Positions 40,227-50,883 are shown, counted from the first letter of the stretch. The stretch is DNA of 64,000 nt from Cyanobacteria bacterium P01_F01_bin.150 (GCA_039189765.1 JBCCYL010000005.1:1-64000); one strand, 5' to 3'. Notes: generated from the letters alone by a model not told the origin. Translations and numbers: made by a program.

Positions 40227-43200
40227 ATGTCCAATCTGAAATCAGCATATCTGACCCCAATAGTCGAGACCGTAACCTCCATCGGCCTTAGCTGTCTGGG
40301 GATATCTATCGGAGCATTGGGGCTGGGGGTGCCCGCCGCGATCGCCCAAATCACCCCAGACCCCACCCTCGGCCCAGAGTCATCCACCGTGACCAATCAG
40401 CGCAATCAAGGACGAACCGTCATTCAGGGGGGAGCTGAACGAGGCCCAAATCTGTTTCATAGTTTTGATGCCTTTAACGTACCGGAGAATCGATCGGTCT
40501 TTTTCTTTACGGACAATGCCCAGGTTGAAAATATCTTGACTCGGGTGACCGGCAATACGGCATCTGAATTACTCGGAACCCTGGGAACCTTTGGGGGAAA
40601 CGAGCCGAATCTCTTTTTGATTAACCCCAATGGAATTACGGTGGGGGAAAACGCCCAATTAAACGTGGGCGGGTCCTTTTTTGCCACCACAGCAGAGGGG
40701 ATTCAATTTGGAACCCAGGGTGTCTTTAGCGCCCAAAATCCAGCCATTCCATCCAACCTGCTGACCATTGATCCATCCGCCTTTTTATTTGAACAATTGT
40801 CCCCCGATCCCCGACCCTTCATCAATCTTTCGTCCCGCTGGCAAGTCCCCAATGGGCAAACCCTGTTGCTGTTGGGCGGTGATGTGCTGCTGGATGGGGC
40901 ACAGCTAAGGGCAGCAGGGGGACGGGTGGAGATAGGGGCGATCGCCGACCCTGCGGTTATTCCCTTCACCGTTTCAGAGGGCATCAGTATTCCTGATGGG
41001 GTAAAACAGGGGCCGGTGACGATTGGCAACGATTCCACCATTGATGTCGCTTTCACCAACGGTGGCAGCATTAATATGCACGCTGCGACCATCAGCCTCA
41101 CCAATAGTGGATTGAATGCAGGACTGATGGGGCCAGGTGAGCCGAACAATCGGGCGGGCAATATCCAATTGGCGGCCACCGAGCAGATCCAAATTACCAA
41201 TAGTCAAGTGGTCAATGATGTCTCTCGGAATTCAAATGGGACGAGCGGTGATATTACTCTAAATGCTCACCACATTGACATCACCGATCTCTCCATTCTG
41301 AATACCAACCTTTTTGGCACCGGAACGGCGGGCAATATCCAGATTACAGCCAGTGAAGCAACCATACAAAATAGCCGATTGGCCAGTGCTGTAGGGCCTA
41401 ACGCCACCGGAACGGGGGGAACCATTGCCCTTACCACAAATCAATTGGAGATCGTTGATGGTGCTCAACTGTTGGCGAGTACCAGGGGCCAGGGCAATGC
41501 GGGGCTGGTGGACTTACGGGCCGATGGCCCAATTACCATACAAGCAAGTGCGATTTCCAGTGAGGTAGATGTAGGCGCAAATGGCAACGCTGGTGGCATT
41601 CAAATCACGGCCCAGAACCTAACGGTGGTGGACGGCGGCCAACTCTTGGCCAATACCACAGGAGAGGGAGACGCGGGCAATATTCTGATAACGATCAGTA
41701 ACGGTGTGGCATTTGATGGCACCAGCGCCGATGGCCAAGCCCCCAGTGGGGCAACCATTGCGGTTAGTGGGCGGGGACAAGGGGCTGGTGGGCTACTACG
41801 GATTGAGGCTAGCACATTGGATGTCCGCAATGGCGCACAGTTTAATGCCCGTACCCGAGGGGATAGTACAACGACCTTAAGTACCGGGGAATTAATCACA
41901 AATCCAGGACGGGTGGAGATTGAGGTTAGCGATCGCGTCACCTTTGCTGGCGTTAGCGCCGATGAAAACTTCTCCAGTGGGATTATCAGTTCCCTGGAAG
42001 GACGTGGTCAAGGGACAGGAGGACCGATTACTATTATCACGCCAATCCTGGAGGTGCTGGACGGCGCAGGCTTAATTTCCAGTACCAGCGGCGATGGTGA
42101 TGCCGGAAAGTTGGAGATTCGGGCAAGCGATCGCGTTACATTGGCAGACCGACGCACGGGCGGACGATTTTTAAGTCGGATGTCCAGTTCAGTTAATCCC
42201 CAGGGCAACGGCAATGGTGGGGTCATTGATATTCAAACTGAACGGCTAGAGGTCTTCAATGGTGGGCGTCTGGTCGCAGGCACCCTCGGTAATGGGAATG
42301 CGGGAAATGTTACGATTGCGCCTCTCATGCCGCCGCCGGATACTCCTGATGATGCTCAGTTTGAGGTAATTTTTAGCGGCGTCAGTGGGGATGGGCAGTT
42401 TCCTAGCGGCATCTTTAGCACTGTGGAAGCTGGGGCCGTGGGACGGGGTGGCGATATCACCATCGAAACTGAATCCTTATCGGTTCTGGATGGTGCTCAG
42501 TTACGGTCCAACACCGCAGGGATGGGCAGAGCTGGGAATATTACGCTTCAGGGAGAGCAGATCACCTTTACAGATCGCCGCCCAACCTCTTCGGGGCTAA
42601 GTGGAGCAGCCAGTGCCGTAGAGCGGACGGGCCAGGGCCGGGGCGGCAAGATTGAAATTCAAGCCAATGTATTGGAGGTACTGGGGGGTTCTCAGCTTGT
42701 GGCCGGAACCCGAGGCGATGGTCGTGCAGGCAATATTCAGATTATGGCGAGCGATCGCGTCACCTTCCAAGGCACCAGCCAAGATGGAGAAACCATCAGC
42801 GCCGCCCTAAGTGACGTGGATGCCACGGGAATGGGACACGGAGGTAATATTATCGTGGAGACACCGACGTTAGACCTTTTGGACGGAGCGCGGCTGGTTT
42901 CGACGACCCGAGGGGAGGGTGACGCAGGCAATATTAGAATCAATGCCCCGAATCGAGTGACGCTGATCGATACTCGCGATCAGGGACGTTTTTTAAGTGG
43001 GGTCTCCAGTGCCGTTGTGGGTCGAGGGGTGGGGAACGGTGGTCAAATCACCCTAGAAACTGGGATTTTAGAGATGCGGGATGGGTCACAGCTATTGGCA
43101 GGCACTGGTGCCAATGGCAATGCGGGCCGTATCAAGATTGAAGCCGGCGATCGCGTTATTCTGGAGGGCATTAGTCGCGATGGTCAAGACGCCACCGCGA

Positions 43201-44726
43201 TTATCAGTTCCGTGGATGCCCGTGGAGTGGGGAACGGTGGCCTTATTCAGGTGGCAACCAATCAGCTAGACGTCCTCAATGGTGCCCAGTTGGTCGTCAG
43301 TACAACGGGCCAGGGGGATGCCGGACAAATTTTCTTAGATGTGGGCGATCGCGCCGTGTTTTCTGGCACCCATGAAGGCTCTAATGGGGAAGCCCAGTTT
43401 ATTAGCGGGGCCAGCAGTTTGGTTAATCGACGGGGTGAAGGGGCCGGGGGGCCGATTGTGATTAATACAGGGATTTTAGACATCCTCGATGGCGCACGCA
43501 TCAGGGCCAGCACGGCTGGAACAGGAGATGCAGGCCCCATAACGATTCAGGCGGATGAACGGGTAACGTTAAGGGGCAACGGTCCTGATAATTCATTTAG
43601 TCGAATGTCCAGCTCCGTCGGTCGGTCAGGGAATGGCCAAGGGGGGCCGATTCAGATTCAAACCGATGAGTTGGCGGTTCTAGATGGGGCAAGACTATCC
43701 GTTAGCACCCGAGGCAATGGTCGAGGCGGCACCATTAACGCCCAGGTGAGCGATCGCATTACCCTTGATAACGGCACCATTGAAGCCCGCAGCGGTCGTG
43801 ATCAGCGAGCTGGAGATATTGATTTAAGTGCGGACTGGTTTGTGCTGGACAATCAATCGAATATTTTAACCCAGACGCTTTCTGCAAATGGGGGAAATGT
43901 AACCCTAAATGTGGGGAGCTTTTTGCTGTTGCGCGATAACAGTCTGATCTCTACGGAGGCAGGAATTGCGGGGGAGCTTGAAGGCGGGGCATCAGCCGAT
44001 AGTTTTACGGTGACAGGGCGGCAGCAGGCGAATCCAGGAGCGATCGCCCCCGACTCATCCTTCACTCGCAGGACATCCAGGGCGAACAGACAAACAGCCG
44101 CCAGAGGAAACGGGGGCAATATCACCATTAATGCCCGTGATGGGTTTATTGTGACGCTACTGGATGAAAATAGCGAAATTATTGCCAATGCCTTTGAAGG
44201 GAACGGAGGCAATATTAACATTACCGCTATTCGACTGTTTGGCACGGTGAAGAGAGATAGCCCCTCTCCTGAACTACGGGCCAATCGCACCAACGACATT
44301 AGCGCCAGCTCTCGTTTTGCATCTGATGGCATTATCGCAATCCAAAATCTAAATGCGGACCCGATTCAAGGCGCAGTTGCTTTGCCCACTGATACTGCTG
44401 CCCCTCCGTTGAGCCAAGGCTGTGAACCCGGCATTGACGGACGCGGTCGGTTTACTAATACCGAACGAGGGGGGATCCCGTCCAATCCTCTGGGCCCATT
44501 GGAAAGTGCTCGTGGGTGGGAGGATATTTATCCAATCCCGTCGGCCCCGTCGGCCTATGATACAGCGGTGGAGGAACAGGGCGATCGCCCCTCTGAACCC
44601 TCTATTTCACAAGAGATTGCAGAAGGGATTACAGAAGCAGAAGGATGGCAGCGGAACCAACAGGGGCAGGTGGTTCTTGTTCAGACTACCCCCACTAGCC
44701 ATCCAATATTCAATTGTCAGAGCTAG
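40227..44726 (+). CDS. Filamentous haemagglutinin N-terminal domain exoprotein (cyanobacterial 'S-layer family' type), ~1500 aa
   Basis: Signal peptide ending AIAQITPD, NLFHSF, NLFLINPNG, many GxAGxIxI beta-helix repeats, and a C-terminus with GGIP.NP and EAEGW...GQVVL...C. The ORF track starts at GTG 40206. Confidence 0.92.
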   Translation: MSNLKSAYLTPIVETVTSIGLSCLGISIGALGLGVPAAIAQITPDPTLGPESSTVTNQRNQGRTVIQGGAERGPNLFHSFDAFNVPENRSVFFFTDNAQVENILTRVTGNTASELLGTLGTFGGNEPNLFLINPNGITVGENAQLNVGGSFFATTAEGIQFGTQGVFSAQNPAIPSNLLTIDPSAFLFEQLSPDPRPFINLSSRWQVPNGQTLLLLGGDVLLDGAQLRAAGGRVEIGAIADPAVIPFTVSEGISIPDGVKQGPVTIGNDSTIDVAFTNGGSINMHAATISLTNSGLNAGLMGPGEPNNRAGNIQLAATEQIQITNSQVVNDVSRNSNGTSGDITLNAHHIDITDLSILNTNLFGTGTAGNIQITASEATIQNSRLASAVGPNATGTGGTIALTTNQLEIVDGAQLLASTRGQGNAGLVDLRADGPITIQASAISSEVDVGANGNAGGIQITAQNLTVVDGGQLLANTTGEGDAGNILITISNGVAFDGTSADGQAPSGATIAVSGRGQGAGGLLRIEASTLDVRNGAQFNARTRGDSTTTLSTGELITNPGRVEIEVSDRVTFAGVSADENFSSGIISSLEGRGQGTGGPITIITPILEVLDGAGLISSTSGDGDAGKLEIRASDRVTLADRRTGGRFLSRMSSSVNPQGNGNGGVIDIQTERLEVFNGGRLVAGTLGNGNAGNVTIAPLMPPPDTPDDAQFEVIFSGVSGDGQFPSGIFSTVEAGAVGRGGDITIETESLSVLDGAQLRSNTAGMGRAGNITLQGEQITFTDRRPTSSGLSGAASAVERTGQGRGGKIEIQANVLEVLGGSQLVAGTRGDGRAGNIQIMASDRVTFQGTSQDGETISAALSDVDATGMGHGGNIIVETPTLDLLDGARLVSTTRGEGDAGNIRINAPNRVTLIDTRDQGRFLSGVSSAVVGRGVGNGGQITLETGILEMRDGSQLLAGTGANGNAGRIKIEAGDRVILEGISRDGQDATAIISSVDARGVGNGGLIQVATNQLDVLNGAQLVVSTTGQGDAGQIFLDVGDRAVFSGTHEGSNGEAQFISGASSLVNRRGEGAGGPIVINTGILDILDGARIRASTAGTGDAGPITIQADERVTLRGNGPDNSFSRMSSSVGRSGNGQGGPIQIQTDELAVLDGARLSVSTRGNGRGGTINAQVSDRITLDNGTIEARSGRDQRAGDIDLSADWFVLDNQSNILTQTLSANGGNVTLNVGSFLLLRDNSLISTEAGIAGELEGGASADSFTVTGRQQANPGAIAPDSSFTRRTSRANRQTAARGNGGNITINARDGFIVTLLDENSEIIANAFEGNGGNINITAIRLFGTVKRDSPSPELRANRTNDISASSRFASDGIIAIQNLNADPIQGAVALPTDTAAPPLSQGCEPGIDGRGRFTNTERGGIPSNPLGPLESARGWEDIYPIPSAPSAYDTAVEEQGDRPSEPSISQEIAEGITEAEGWQRNQQGQVVLVQTTPTSHPIFNCQS

Positions 44727-44743
44727 AAGCGGGAGATCCCTAA

Positions 44744-47700
44744 ATGAAACATGGTCTAGGAAAGCATACCTCTGGTTCCCAGCCGCCTCTTCCCTCTAGT
44801 TCCCAGCCGGAGACTGGGAACCGCCTCTGGAGACTCTGGCTCCAGTACCATCCAGAGCCAGAGTCTCTAGATGGCATTCCCAGCGAGACGCTGGGCACGA
44901 GGAGTTCAAGAAGCACGCGAAGAAAGGGCAGAGCACTCGCACGATGGATGCTGTTCGGATTATGGTTTATCCTCGGCTGGATTCTGGTCATCGTTTTAGC
45001 AGGGCGATCGCCCCTCCTCCATGCCCTCCCTACCCCTGATCACCCTTCAGCCTCTGTCCCTTCTTCAGAGATCGCCTCAAATTCCCCCCAAGCGTCTTTC
45101 AATCAAGGGATACAAGCCTTTCAATCGGAACGCTTTGCCGAGGCGATCGCCCACTGGCACCAAGCGTTAGTCCCCACCTCTGTCCCCCATGCTCCCCTCC
45201 ACCACGCGTTAATTCTCAACAACCTATCCTTAGCCCATCAACACTTGGGGCAATGGTCAAATGCGGAAACAACATTGACCCAAAGTCTTGAAATCCTCGA
45301 ACAAGAATTAGAAACCTTTGATGAGGCGGAAGCGTCTTCTGGCCCAGCGTCTGCTGATCAAAAAAGCTGGAACTACTATGGCAAAGCCTTAAACACTCAC
45401 GGGTGGTTTTACTGGCGACAGGGACAGCCAGAGCAAGCATTGGAAGCATGGCAACAGGCGACATCTGCCTATAAAACCGCTCAGTTTGTTTCTGGCATAT
45501 TGGGCAGTCAAATTAATCAGGCGAGGGCATTGCAATCCCTTGGTCTTAGTGTCGCGGCCAAGGAAACCCTAGAGCACGTCCAGCAGCAGATGGACGGCCA
45601 GCCCGACTCTGCCGCTAAGGCGATCGCCCTGCAATCCCTGGGGAATGCCCTACGGCGGGTGGGGGCGCTGGCAGAATCCCGCGATCGGTTAATCCAGAGC
45701 TTGGCCATCAGCGATCGGCAAAGCCACGCCAATGCTCAACTCCAACCCCAAGCCCAACCCCAAATACCTCCCACCACTGCTTCAGCCCAGCCGCAGAGTT
45801 CCGGCCTCCAAAGTGCCATTTATTTAGATTTGGGCAATACCGAACAGGCCCTATGGGAACGAGCTGTCGCGCTTAACCTTGAGGATGACATAGACACTCA
45901 TCAGCAGTTGGCCCTGGCTTACTACCAGCAGGCAGAAGCCCTGGCTCCGTCAATATTACCCCGTGCCCAAGCCTTGGCCAATCGTCTCAGCTTCACGGTA
46001 GCGATGCAAGGAGCGATCGCCGATGCTAATACCCGTGGCTCTCGTTCCAGGGCTTCGGCAACGGGGCCAACGTGGGACGATCTACAAGGGCTATGGCACC
46101 CCCTTGCAGGACTGTTTGACGAGCTGCCATTGGGGCGGGCGGGGCTTGAGATTAAACTCCACAGTGTCCATAGTCTGCTTACGGCTCAGGCTCGTCTTAT
46201 CCCAGTTCAGGACCTGCCGGACACGCTTCAGTCTGACCTCGAACAGATCCTTATGCAAGTCCTTGAACAGTCTCGTCAACTCCAAGATGGGCGGACGGCA
46301 TCCTTGGCCATGGGGCAGTTAGGACGGCTGTATGAACACTCCCAACGGTGGGATAACGCGCATCAGGCAACCCTGGAGGCCATTACCTTTGCTGAACCGA
46401 TTCAAGCCGAGGATCTGCGCTATCGGTGGGAATGGCAAATGGGCCGAATTCTAATGGCTCAGGGTCGGCAGCAGGCGGCGATTCAATCGTTGGAAGAGGC
46501 CGTAAAAACCCTGGCAGAGGTTCGTCAGGATTTGTTGTATATCGACGCGGATGCCCAGTTCTCCTTTCGGGACGATGTGGAACCGCTGTACCGTCAGCTA
46601 ATTGACGTACTGCTCAGGGATTTGGATGCTCCCCAGCAAAATCTCCGTCGGGCCACTGAACTGGTGGATGCATTGCAGCTTGCAGAATTGGAGAACTACT
46701 TGGGCTGCAATATCGACCCGTTGCAGCTAACGGACAACGTTATTGATCCTAATGCGGCGATTGTATATCCGATTATTTTGGACAATCCATCGTCCGAACA
46801 GGCAGGCCAGCGCCTGGAAGTAATTTTACAGATCCCAGACCAGCCACTCCATCGTTCCCAGGTGGAGATGTCTCAAGACAATATTGAGGCATTAATCACC
46901 CAGTTATCTCGCACGCTCCCCAATCGTATTCGCTGGCGCACTGCCCAACAGGCTGCGGGGCAACTCTACGACATGTTGATCCGACCGTTTGATGCCATTC
47001 TCGCCGACACGGCGGATCAGCAGATCACGACCTTAGTGTTTGTGGCCGATGGTAGTCTTCGAAAGGTTCCTATGAGTGTGTTGTGGGACCGGGAGCAAGA
47101 CCAATATTTGCTGGAACGGTATGCAATCGCCACAGCTCCCAGTTTGCAGGTGGTAGCCCCTCACCCTCTATCCTATCCGCTGAAGGTACTGATGGCTGGG
47201 GCGTCGGAGTCGATGATTCATCCTTTTTCTGACCAGCCTTTTACCCCACTGCCAAATGTCAAGACGGAGTTGGACACGATTCAATCCTTACAACAGTCTG
47301 GGGTATTGCAAACGGATCTATTGTTCAATGAGGCGTTTAATCAGAGCAATATTAAGCAAAAACTTCAACAGCAAAGTTTTTCCATTGTTCATTTGGCAAC
47401 TCATGGGGAATTTAGCTCAGACTTGGATCGAACGTTTATTGCATCGAGCGATCGCCCTATTTTTGCCGAAGATTTGGATCAGCTCTTACGCTCCCAGGAT
47501 CCGGGAGATGACTCGATAGAACTACTAGTATTAAGCGCCTGTGAAACGGCCACAGGGGATAACAGGGCAACGCTGGGACTGGCAGGACTCACTGTACGGG
47601 CCGGAGTCAGAAGTACGTTAGCCACCCTATGGTCGGTAGATGATGAGGCCACTGCTGTGGTCATGGAGGAATTTTATCGCCAGTTGGTTAACCACCCACA

Positions 47701-47827
47701 GTACAGTCGAGCCGAAGCTCTGCGCCAAGCTCAACTCACGTTCTGGGAAAGAGGTGCGCAACAAGGACGAGATTGGAAACGACCTTACTTTTGGTCGCCT
47801 TTTGTGTTGGTCGGAAACTGGCTCTAG
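44744..47827 (+). CDS. TPR-CHAT (caspase-like) protein, 1027 aa
   Basis: TM helix, TPRs, YRWEWQMGR, FSFRDDVEP.YR, LQLAELENY, HLATHG, VLSACETATG and PYFWSPFVLVGNWL. Confidence 0.92.
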   Translation: MKHGLGKHTSGSQPPLPSSSQPETGNRLWRLWLQYHPEPESLDGIPSETLGTRSSRSTRRKGRALARWMLFGLWFILGWILVIVLAGRSPLLHALPTPDHPSASVPSSEIASNSPQASFNQGIQAFQSERFAEAIAHWHQALVPTSVPHAPLHHALILNNLSLAHQHLGQWSNAETTLTQSLEILEQELETFDEAEASSGPASADQKSWNYYGKALNTHGWFYWRQGQPEQALEAWQQATSAYKTAQFVSGILGSQINQARALQSLGLSVAAKETLEHVQQQMDGQPDSAAKAIALQSLGNALRRVGALAESRDRLIQSLAISDRQSHANAQLQPQAQPQIPPTTASAQPQSSGLQSAIYLDLGNTEQALWERAVALNLEDDIDTHQQLALAYYQQAEALAPSILPRAQALANRLSFTVAMQGAIADANTRGSRSRASATGPTWDDLQGLWHPLAGLFDELPLGRAGLEIKLHSVHSLLTAQARLIPVQDLPDTLQSDLEQILMQVLEQSRQLQDGRTASLAMGQLGRLYEHSQRWDNAHQATLEAITFAEPIQAEDLRYRWEWQMGRILMAQGRQQAAIQSLEEAVKTLAEVRQDLLYIDADAQFSFRDDVEPLYRQLIDVLLRDLDAPQQNLRRATELVDALQLAELENYLGCNIDPLQLTDNVIDPNAAIVYPIILDNPSSEQAGQRLEVILQIPDQPLHRSQVEMSQDNIEALITQLSRTLPNRIRWRTAQQAAGQLYDMLIRPFDAILADTADQQITTLVFVADGSLRKVPMSVLWDREQDQYLLERYAIATAPSLQVVAPHPLSYPLKVLMAGASESMIHPFSDQPFTPLPNVKTELDTIQSLQQSGVLQTDLLFNEAFNQSNIKQKLQQQSFSIVHLATHGEFSSDLDRTFIASSDRPIFAEDLDQLLRSQDPGDDSIELLVLSACETATGDNRATLGLAGLTVRAGVRSTLATLWSVDDEATAVVMEEFYRQLVNHPQYSRAEALRQAQLTFWERGAQQGRDWKRPYFWSPFVLVGNWL
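44796..44901. repeat. REP-like three-hairpin repeat inside the 5' end of the CHAT ORF
   Basis: CTAGTTCCCAG..CTGGGAAC..GAGACTCTGGCTC..GAGCCAGAGTCTC..GCATTCCCAG..CTGGGCACGAG; same family as 27810-27914. Confidence 0.8.
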
Positions 47828-47879
47828 AAGGAGAGTAAAAAACTTGAACCTGGCAGAACCGGTTAGGAGCTGTTCGTAT

Positions 47880-49712
47880 CTATGCCGTCAGACGAACAGG
47901 CAATTTAATCATAAATGTAGCCCCTTGTCCTGGCGACGACTGGCAACTCAAGCACCCTTTATGCTTCTCAGTTACAATTTGGTAACTCATTGAAAGGCCC
48001 ATGCCGGTTCCTTTTCCAACGGCTTTGGTTGTAAAGAATGGATCAAATATACGAGGGTAAATTTCATGAGCAATGCCAGGACCATTATCTGCAATATGAA
48101 TCGCAACCCACTCCGAATCGAGTAACTTGGTGGTAACAGTAATCGTAGGGACAGATCGATCAAGTTTCCTTTCTAAAGAATCAATAGCATTACTCAAAAT
48201 ATTCATGAACACCTGATTTAGCTGGCCCGCATAACACTCAACAGGAGCAAGGTTTCCATAGTGGCGGATGACCTTAATCTCTGGGGAGGTAGATGTTTTC
48301 TTGAGACGATTATTCAGAATAACTAGAGTGCTATCGATCCCTTCATGGAGATCAACCTGTTTAACTGTCGCTTCGTCTAATCGTGAGAACGTTCGAAGCG
48401 ATTGAACAATATCACTGATTCGTATTGTTCCAGTCTGCATAGATTGAATCAGTTTTGGAAAATCGTCCTGTATAAAGGGAAGATCAATATCCTTGATTGT
48501 TTCTTGAATCTCCGCAGTCGGTTGTGGATAACTACTTTGATAGAGACTGAGTAATCGAATTATGTCTTCTGTGTAGGCCAGGGCATGTGCCAAATTGCCA
48601 TGAATAAAGCTAACAGGGTTATTGATTTCATGGGCAATCCCCGCTACCATTTGTCCCAGGCTAGACATCTTTTCGTTTTGAACCAATTGTAGCTGAGCAT
48701 GCTGTAGATCAATCAGTGTCTGCTGTAAAGCATCAGCTTTTTGACGTAGAGATGCCTCAGACTCTTGCAGAGCTACAGTTCTTTCTTCAACTCGTTGCTC
48801 TAAGTTTTGTCGGGCGTCATTTAACTCAGCAGTATACTGCCCTGTCCAACGCACCAGTTGGTTTAATGCCTCCGCTAAAAGAGCGACTTCATCCTGAGTA
48901 TTAATATCAGCCTGAAGCTGAAAGTTGCTATCTTGGGTCACACATCGAGCAATGGTGGTGAGCTGTTCAATGGGCTTGGCAATTGCCCGACTGGTGAGTA
49001 GAACTAAGATAACGGCTAACCCAACGGAGATCGCCATGCTTAGTACGATGATAATTATTCTAAGTTGTTCAGCTTGCTCAAGCTGAGTCGTTGCCAGGTC
49101 ATATCGTTGGTCCGCAGTGTGTTGCAGGCGCGTTAACTTTTCAAATAGCTTTTCAAACTGGGTAGACAGTTGATTTGCATCATTACTAATGAGGGCGGCC
49201 GAAGTTAGTTCTTGAGCGACTTGCTTTTCCTTAACTCCCTCCAGTTGCGCCCAAAGATCCTGAATAAACTGCCGATAAACTGCAATGGTGTTTTTTGAGT
49301 CATTTAATAATACAGTGAATTCAGGAGATGCCTGACGATCTGATGCGATAAATTGCTCAATCTCGTTAAGTAACTGTTCAATCAATCTCAAATCAGAATT
49401 GTATTGACTGATTTCGTATTGAACCCAAATACTGCTTTCACCGACAATTGCAAACATTCTTAAAGGATGCTTTTCAAGCTTTAAAAGCTGATTTTCAAAA
49501 TCATTCAGTAGTTGTTTCTTGTGCAATACCTGCTGTGATTGAATGCGTGCCAGACGGGCATAATAGATGCCACCTATCAGCCCACTGCTAGTGCCAATAA
49601 CCGCAGTTCCCAAGGCCAGAATATAGCCAACACTGATTTTTTTTGCAATACTTCGATGTACTCCCAGTTGAGTACTCAACCAGTGGGTTAATTGGGAAAG
49701 AGATTTGGACAT
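47880..49712 (-). CDS. Membrane sensor histidine kinase (HAMP-HisKA-HATPase)
   Basis: Two TM helices, a HAMP domain, EKMSSLGQMVAGIAHEINNP, NQVFMNILSNA, DNGPG and FTTKAVGKGTGMGL. Confidence 0.95.
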   Translation of the reverse strand: MSKSLSQLTHWLSTQLGVHRSIAKKISVGYILALGTAVIGTSSGLIGGIYYARLARIQSQQVLHKKQLLNDFENQLLKLEKHPLRMFAIVGESSIWVQYEISQYNSDLRLIEQLLNEIEQFIASDRQASPEFTVLLNDSKNTIAVYRQFIQDLWAQLEGVKEKQVAQELTSAALISNDANQLSTQFEKLFEKLTRLQHTADQRYDLATTQLEQAEQLRIIIIVLSMAISVGLAVILVLLTSRAIAKPIEQLTTIARCVTQDSNFQLQADINTQDEVALLAEALNQLVRWTGQYTAELNDARQNLEQRVEERTVALQESEASLRQKADALQQTLIDLQHAQLQLVQNEKMSSLGQMVAGIAHEINNPVSFIHGNLAHALAYTEDIIRLLSLYQSSYPQPTAEIQETIKDIDLPFIQDDFPKLIQSMQTGTIRISDIVQSLRTFSRLDEATVKQVDLHEGIDSTLVILNNRLKKTSTSPEIKVIRHYGNLAPVECYAGQLNQVFMNILSNAIDSLERKLDRSVPTITVTTKLLDSEWVAIHIADNGPGIAHEIYPRIFDPFFTTKAVGKGTGMGLSMSYQIVTEKHKGCLSCQSSPGQGATFMIKLPVRLTA

Positions 49713-49741
49713 TAATGAGAATACCCCATTAGCTTGGCGTG

Positions 49742-50632
49742 TTATTCGATGGCAGAGCCCTGGCCGATAGCGTAATAGCTATCGCGCAACATCTGATAAT
49801 CAGAGTCTTCAACCTCTATCAGGTCTGATTCTTTAAATTTTTGATTGGCCCCAGACTCATACAACGCAGGTATTAATATATCTTGATTGGCAATCAACTT
49901 CGATTTCAATTCTGCCAAAAAAAACTCGCCCAAATTTGGGTTCGCAACAAAGATATCCGGTGGTAAGTGTTCTCCTTCAGCTACGATTTTTACGTCGTCT
50001 TTTAGTCCTCGTTGCGTCAATATTTTTTGGTATCGCGTATGGGACGTTACCCAAGCATCTACCTGTCCGCTTAACATCGCGTCCACACCATCTGCACCTA
50101 GCATTATCCCCTCATAAGCATCCGGCTTTAGACCTGCATCAAGTAACATCTTTGTTGGTACGATATGGCCTGCGGTAGCCCCTTCAGCCCACATAGCAAT
50201 TTTCTTCTCTTTCAAGTCTGTCAATGTTTCAATACCGCTATCAGCAAGAGTCACAAAAACTGAGTAATAATCTGAGCGAGTCACCCCTGCAATTGGCACC
50301 GCATTCGCTCTAGCTTTGAGTAAAAGATACTCAGATGGTCCAGCCATGGCAAAATCAAGCTCATTGGCGAGAAGGGCGGGAACTGCATCCACAAAGTTTT
50401 CTACTGGAAAAAATTCAATCGGAAGATCCAATACCGTCTCTAAAGCCTGACGAAAGGGACCAAAATCCTGCTCTAATTCATCTGCACCACTAATGTCGGT
50501 AACGGCAAATCGTAGCCAGTTTGGTCTATTTCCCTGAGATACAGAAGTAGAAACCGATGAAGTTGTCTGGGCTGCAGTACACCCACCCAAAAACAGCAGG
50601 CCATAACTTAAAAAAGCACGACGATTTAGCAT
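49742..50632 (-). CDS. PhnD/PtxB-like phosphate/phosphite/phosphonate-binding lipoprotein (Tat signal)
   Basis: LNRRAFL twin-arginine motif plus LGGC lipobox, followed by AGPSEY, YYSVFV, LTDLKEKKIA and TAGHIVP. Confidence 0.82.
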   Translation of the reverse strand: MLNRRAFLSYGLLFLGGCTAAQTTSSVSTSVSQGNRPNWLRFAVTDISGADELEQDFGPFRQALETVLDLPIEFFPVENFVDAVPALLANELDFAMAGPSEYLLLKARANAVPIAGVTRSDYYSVFVTLADSGIETLTDLKEKKIAMWAEGATAGHIVPTKMLLDAGLKPDAYEGIMLGADGVDAMLSGQVDAWVTSHTRYQKILTQRGLKDDVKIVAEGEHLPPDIFVANPNLGEFFLAELKSKLIANQDILIPALYESGANQKFKESDLIEVEDSDYQMLRDSYYAIGQGSAIE

Positions 50633-50846
50633 GAGTATTCCAAGAGTATATAGAGCGAGATATGACTTTTTGGCATGAGTGTACTGTTAGCGCATTTAGA
50701 ATTGCAATGTGAAACTTCAGAAAATCCTTATTACCTTGAGCTTAGCGTTCCCTTTTTTGATAGCGTTTACACGTTGTTTTTAGACTATTTTGTAAAAGTA
50801 TATTCATCGTAGATATTGGCTTAAAACTGAAGCCGGGAAGAATTTA

Positions 50847-50883
50847 ACGGGATACTGGGGGGCGGAGCGCCCCAGTATCCCGT
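50847..50883. terminator. Perfect 14-bp stem hairpin downstream of the response regulator
   Basis: ACGGGATACTGGGG-N9-CCCCAGTATCCCGT, 15 bp after the regulator's stop codon. The U-tract is weak. Confidence 0.6.
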
